From NCBI GenBank assembly GCA_008632985.1, contig QPGO01000340.1, positions 1-51,858 on the forward strand: DNA of 51,858 nt. The letters run 5' to 3'. Source of the DNA: Psammoneis japonica. Lineage: Eukaryota. The translations under genes and the position numbers were made by a program. Shown piece by piece: positions 47,201 to 51,858 of this stretch (its first letter is position 1; each line of letters opens with the position of its first letter). The notes beneath the pieces were generated by a model. It saw nothing but the letters and a program-made list of their open reading frames with translations, was not told the DNA's origin and did not search any database.

Positions 47201-50200
47201 GGGCAGATCAAGGTGGTGAATTGGCCCACTCTGAGGAATTCCGGAAGGTCTGCCTGAAACACGACTGTGTCATGGAGCCTGCCGGCGCGGACGCCCCGTG
47301 GCAGAATGGCAGGGTTGAGACATTGAATCGGACCTTCGGGGCAATGGTTTGAGCTCTGCTGTGCTCATCGGGTCTCCCGGCCACATGCTGGGCCGATGCA
47401 CTCACCCACGTGGTGCACCTCAAGAACCGGCTGTGGCACTCGGCCACAGACATGACTCCACACCAGGAATGGATGGGTGAGGTTCCTGACTTGTCCCATC
47501 TCCGAGCGTTTGGATCTCACATGTGTGCTCGGCGTTCTGGCAAACCGGCTGCTAAACTGGACAAACATGCCTTCCATGGTGTCTTTGTTGGATGCTCGGC
47601 TGCGGATGGCAATGTGCGCCATGTGGATGCCACATCCGGACGAGAGAAGTCTACTCCGCACGCCACTTGTGACGAGGCCCACTTCACTCAACCGATTAGA
47701 CCTCCTGGTCCACAGCTCTCATTCGATCTCGGCATCCAACAGGTTGCACCTCCATCCCCGCCTCCACCACAGCCAGCGACCCCAGCACCACATCCCCCCC
47801 TTGTGCACAACAAAGGCTTGTCTCCACCCTCCCCGATGAGCCTGATCCAGGGTTTGCCGCTTGGTGAAAACGCATTGTTTCCCGAGGACCAATGTCACGC
47901 GATGGCTGCTGCTTTTGTGTCCAAGGACCCCGTCACCCCCGAATCCGTCACCAATGTTGTGATGTCCTTCGATCCGTACGACGACTCTTTCGATGCACCT
48001 TTGCCCAGCCGTGGGTCTAGAAAACCACGATTGGGTTTTGAGTTTGACTGTGACCCCCGCCGCCATCGCCTGCGACTCCATCACTGTCGCCCTGGATCAC
48101 GGGCAGCGAGAGTGCCACGATGGCGATCCGAGCTCAAACGCTTGTGCCTCATCGCAGTTGACACTCGGCCTGTCCACGATTTTGCTGACCTCAACCGTGT
48201 GTTAGAAGACATCAATCCGGATGCTCAGGACATTGTTCTCGTTTTGCCCACGACTGCCGGTCACCGACCTTGGACACTGCAGGATTGCCACAACTGTTTT
48301 TGGACCAGATCAACCATGTCCGCCATCAGCTAGACTCCCTGCATGACCCTGCTCTCCCTTCATTGTACAAGCTCACACGCCGGAAACTCCAGATGCAGGA
48401 AGACTGGCCGGACTAAGAATCGGGTGAATTCAAACAGCTTGACATGTGCAACAGCCAAGGCATGTTTGGGGACCCCATTCCTGCCCCTCCGGGAGCCACG
48501 GTGTTCCCATGGGCATGGTCATGCCTGGTTAAGAACGATCTGACCCGTGCCAAGAAGGCCCGTGGAGCATGCGATGGCAGCCCCAGAGCTGGATTTGTCC
48601 AGACAATGGCACAGACATGTGCAGCGTCTGTTGAGCAACCTGGCACTCGCCTGTTCTTTGCTTTGGCAGCACTTAAGAATGAACGGGTGTGCGGCATGGA
48701 TGTCAGCAACGCCTTCGCTGAGGCTCCTCCTCCCAAGCAACATTTCTACATGAGAGTGGATAAAGTTTTCCAAAACTGGTGGACCAAGCACCTGGGTTCC
48801 CTCCCATCCCCGAGGGCTGCGTGCCACCTGTGCTCCAAGCTCTACAAAGCCATCCAGAATCTCCCCGCTTGTGGAGCATGCATGTGGATAAGATCATCCG
48901 TGAACACCTGCATCTTGCCCCAACCACCCATGAACCATGCATCTGCAGTGGTGCAGTGAACGGCAAAGAGGTGCCATTTCTGTGGCAAGTCGATGATTTC
49001 GCCATTGCTGCGGACTTGGACGCAACATGTCAACGCACATGTGACATTGTGGGTGAACATCTCACCTTTGGCAAGAACAAACATCAGGGCTTGCTCACCC
49101 TGTTTCTGGGTTATGATGTTGAACAGACCAAAGACTGTGTCCGGTTGCACAGTGCCTCGTGCATCAAGAGGATCTTGGCTGACTGTACTTTCCTGACCGA
49201 CGACAAACTTGGCCCGCCTCCCGCCATCCCGATGCCCGGCGACACCTCCCACTCCAAATCCCTCGATGAGGCTCCCACTCCGGCCGACTCCAAGGCATCT
49301 AAAACCCTTCAACAACAACAGGGTTTCTCTTGTTGGAAGGCGTTGGCGAATTGACATGGGCCATGGTTGCCACCCGCGTGGATCTCAGCTGCTTGATCAC
49401 CAAGCTGAGCCAATTCGGCTCTAATCCTGGACAACTGCACTGTGAAGGCATGAAGAACTCTCTCCGGTGCCTCGAGCATCACCCCGACTTTGGCCTTGCG
49501 CACTGGCATCAACAACCTAACCCGACGCTCCCCCATGTTCCTCCTCCACCTCCGATGACTGTGCCCCATGACCGCGCACCGCTGCCCCCTCAGGCATCAT
49601 CTCTTGCCAAACTCACAGGTTGCAAGGACTCTGATTGGGCCGCCGACATCCGACACCGCCGCTCGATTGCCAGCATTGCGTTTCTCCTTGCAGGAGCCGC
49701 AACAGCATGGAAGACCAGAGTGCAACCAACTGCATCAACCTCTTCATCGGAAGCTGAGTTTGTCGCTGCATCGGACGCAGGCAAAATGGCACTGCATCTC
49801 CGGTCTGTCATGGATGAACCATTGGTCTCCCCCAGATGCAAGTTGCGTCGGTGCGAAGACAATGATGCATCCCAGAAGATGACCACTGCCAGCCAACCCA
49901 CCTGCCGCACCCGTCACATTGACATTTGCCATTTCGCTCTACAAGACTGGGTCGAACGCAACTTGGTTCGACTGGATCGCATTGACACACCAGCCAATTG
50001 CAGCGACATGCTCGCCAAGAATGTGGCGCGCATCTTGTTTTTCCAACATTTGGACACATTGAGTGGACATCACTGTCCATCCTACATGCCAGACAGCAGC
50101 AACAACACACCACTGCACTGTTCACTAGAAGAACAGTGCACCCAGACTCACAGGGGTCACGATTCTCCTGGTGTGGGGGGGTCTTGGTGGATTGTGTCAT

Positions 50201-50228
50201 TCCTGCTTAGATGCAGGGATCTCTGTCA
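41260..50228 (+). mobile_element. Full-length but degenerate Ty1/copia (CoDi-like) LTR retrotransposon with 5-bp TSD CATCC
   Basis: TSD CATCC at 41255-59 and 50229-33. LTR starts match (41260 and 50182) and LTR ends match (CAGGGATCTCTGTCA at 42734-48 and 50214-28). PBS-like GGTTGTGAGC at 42749 and G-rich PPT at about 50170-81. Gag ATG 43070, knuckle CDACGAHGHSHFNC, protease DTGANCS, integrase DQGGE and PWQNGRVE, RT DVSNAF and QVDDF, RNase H DSDWA, EAEF, EDN, TRHID. Confidence 0.93.
41370..42700 (-). mobile_element. Crypton-like tyrosine-recombinase element fragment nested in the 5' LTR
   Basis: Frameshifted ORFs (41927-42697, 41330-41773) with WRLFRDFC..GDSESA, FLRCEE (catalytic Arg box), RGKRD (Lys) and GKLFP. 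The C-terminal HxxR/Tyr part is not visible. Family assignment is by motif recall only. Confidence 0.55.
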
Positions 50229-50525
50229 CATCCAACAACAAGAATGAGCACAAGATTAATCACACTCACTGTAAATAAATGTGAACCAAACAAATCAAAC
50301 ACACAAATGTGTCCAGACTTGTTGCATCAAAGCAAATCCAAGCATCATTGTTGAGTTCCAAGCAGAGGCATCATGCAAGAATGACACAAAAGCGGCTCCA
50401 AGAATGTGCCCAACAATGAGAATGAGCACGAGATTGATCACACTCACTGTAAATGAATGTGAACCAAACAAATCAAACACACAAATGTCGTCCAAACTTG
50501 TTGCATCAAAGCCAATCCAGGATTC
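50229..50525. repeat. About 180 bp tandem repeat, right part (about 1.7 copies), same family as 40915-41259
   Basis: GAATGAGCAC..ATCACACTCACTGTAAAT..TGTGAACCAAACAAATCAAACACACAAATG..ACTTGTTGCATCAAAGC occurs twice and is co-linear with the left copies. Confidence 0.9.
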
Positions 50526-50823
50526 AGGCATTGTCATGTTATTGAGTCCGCACTGTACAAGTGAAACGTCATCACGCGCCGCCTGCCAACCACTCAAATT
50601 TTCAAAAATACTCGCACAAATTCGTGCTTTCTCAAACCCCTCACTCCCGGCCGTGCGTGAGGCCCACGATGTAGTCGGCTTCAGTCATCATCTCGCCACT
50701 TATTTACAGGGCCCTACAGCACAAGGCATTGTCAAAGTTCTCGAATATATGTGCATGCGATGCTATGCATTGTCCTCGGCTTGTGTCTACAGTAGTCCTG
50801 CGGAAGGAAGAAGAAGCAATATT

Positions 50824-51858
50824 ATGACATTGACGAGCGAAGGACCTTCGGAGGGACAACCACAGCCATCATCGATACGGAAGGTGCCGATTATCCTACT
50901 AATAGGGTTGTTCACTTTGTCGAACTTCTTTATTGGGATCAGTTGGTACAATGAAAACAGGATATTGTTTGGTGCACAAGCACTCACTTCTCTCGGAACC
51001 GTCGCTGCGAGGTCGAAGCGAAATGAGGCTTCCGCAGAGGAATTCTACTCAAACCTATACGAAATCATCAGGGCTTCCATCCTGGCAAATAAAGCAAGCA
51101 ACCTCCTCAGCTGGGGTGAGAAGGGGGGGCTTCTTCACGATCGCTTTGTGGCTGAACATCCGGCTGATTTTGAGTTTGTTGATCTCCACGGCAGTCCGTT
51201 GAAGTCAGAAGGAATCAAGATAACCGAAGAGCGATCTTCTGTGTGGAACACCACAAATCCGGAAATTGTTTACGAAGACGATATTTGCAAGTCCGTTCGC
51301 AGCTTTTTTCACTTTGGAGGAGTGAAGCCACATGTAGTGATTGCGAAACTTACGTGGGACGGCGGTGCTCTTTCCTCGCATATACCAGGGCGAACATCAC
51401 GATACCCCAATTATTGGAAATTCAAGGAAAATGGAGCTTGTAACATGGACGACCTTGTCGGGTACTTTGAACACCCCAACATGTTGGCCGTAATAACAAA
51501 CCATCAACAATTGTGGACCACCCAAAAGTGCACGCTCTACCATTAGGCGTAAGGAATAGGGTGGGAGTTCTTAAACATTTGAAGCAGCCTTGGTCTCCAA
51601 ACAGGTCGCAGCTGCTCATGGTTAACCACAAAGAGCTTGGTAATCGATTGAACATCACAAAGTCCATATTGAACAAGTTTGCCGGTCTTGGTGTCAAGAA
51701 TACTTACAAGATGGGAACTGTGGATGATTACTTTGAAGAATTAAGACGATCCAAGTTTGTTCTATCCCCATCTGGTCACGGATACGATTGCTACCGCATT
51801 TGGGAAGCCCTGTACATGGGAACGATCCCCATCGTGGACACACTTAATCGGACCGATG
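50824..51858 (+). CDS. Exostosin/GT47-like type II membrane glycosyltransferase, 3' end outside the window
   Basis: Likely start MTLTSEG (50824) and TM segment VPIILLIGLFTLSNFFIGISW. After a 1-nt slip near 51512 it reads DHPKVHALPLG..YFEELRRSKFVLSPSGHGYDCYRIWEALYMGTIPIV. Confidence 0.85.

Noticed and set aside
16919..50228. Alternative genetic code (His/Cys codons read as Tyr)
   Set aside because: Host genes in the same window use TAY for conserved Tyr, and the change also affects non-coding LTR and satellite DNA.
41260..50228. Classical RIP or simple 5mC decay as the explanation for the skew
   Set aside because: RIP would enrich TA, not remove it. CG is still abundant where TA is absent, and Tyr->Cys/His needs A->G or T->C.
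50281..50823. N-terminal 180 aa of the 421-aa ORF in the track
   Set aside because: It starts at GTG within the satellite and runs through TA-poor repeat DNA. The credible start is ATG 50824, before the TM segment.

Overview
Eukaryotic genomic DNA, most likely from a diatom (inferred from 67-83 nt spliceosomal introns, CoDi-like Ty1/copia elements and Crypton-like tyrosine recombinase remnants). It alternates between gene islands and blocks of decayed transposon/repeat DNA. Genes: an intronless bacterial-type beta-propeller protein (4459-6930, -); a giant 8-exon gene (20219-29803, -, about 3,010 aa after repairing two 1-nt indels) that fuses dsRBD, cellular RNA-dependent RNA polymerase, zf-MYND, a UPF1-like SF1 helicase, a possible RelE-like domain, a TRANK1/UvrD-like helicase, TPR-like repeats and an SH3-like domain; proteasome subunit RPN12 (30129-30961, +) head-to-head with it; a GLUG-repeat surface protein (31349-33595, -); and an exostosin/GT47-like gene running off the right edge. 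Two signals stand out. (1) The repeat blocks carry a sharply bounded, two-strand TpA->TpG/CpA hypermutation. Conserved Tyr codons become His/Cys, paired LTRs and satellite copies diverge at TA sites in opposite directions, and one 1.2 kb stretch has no TA. This looks like a 'reverse-RIP' genome-defence process acting on DNA after insertion. (2) The single-polypeptide RdRP/double-helicase protein may be an RNA-silencing or antiviral machine. Single-base deletions even in RPN12 indicate the assembly has indel errors. All motif and dinucleotide observations were made by eye; no searches were run.
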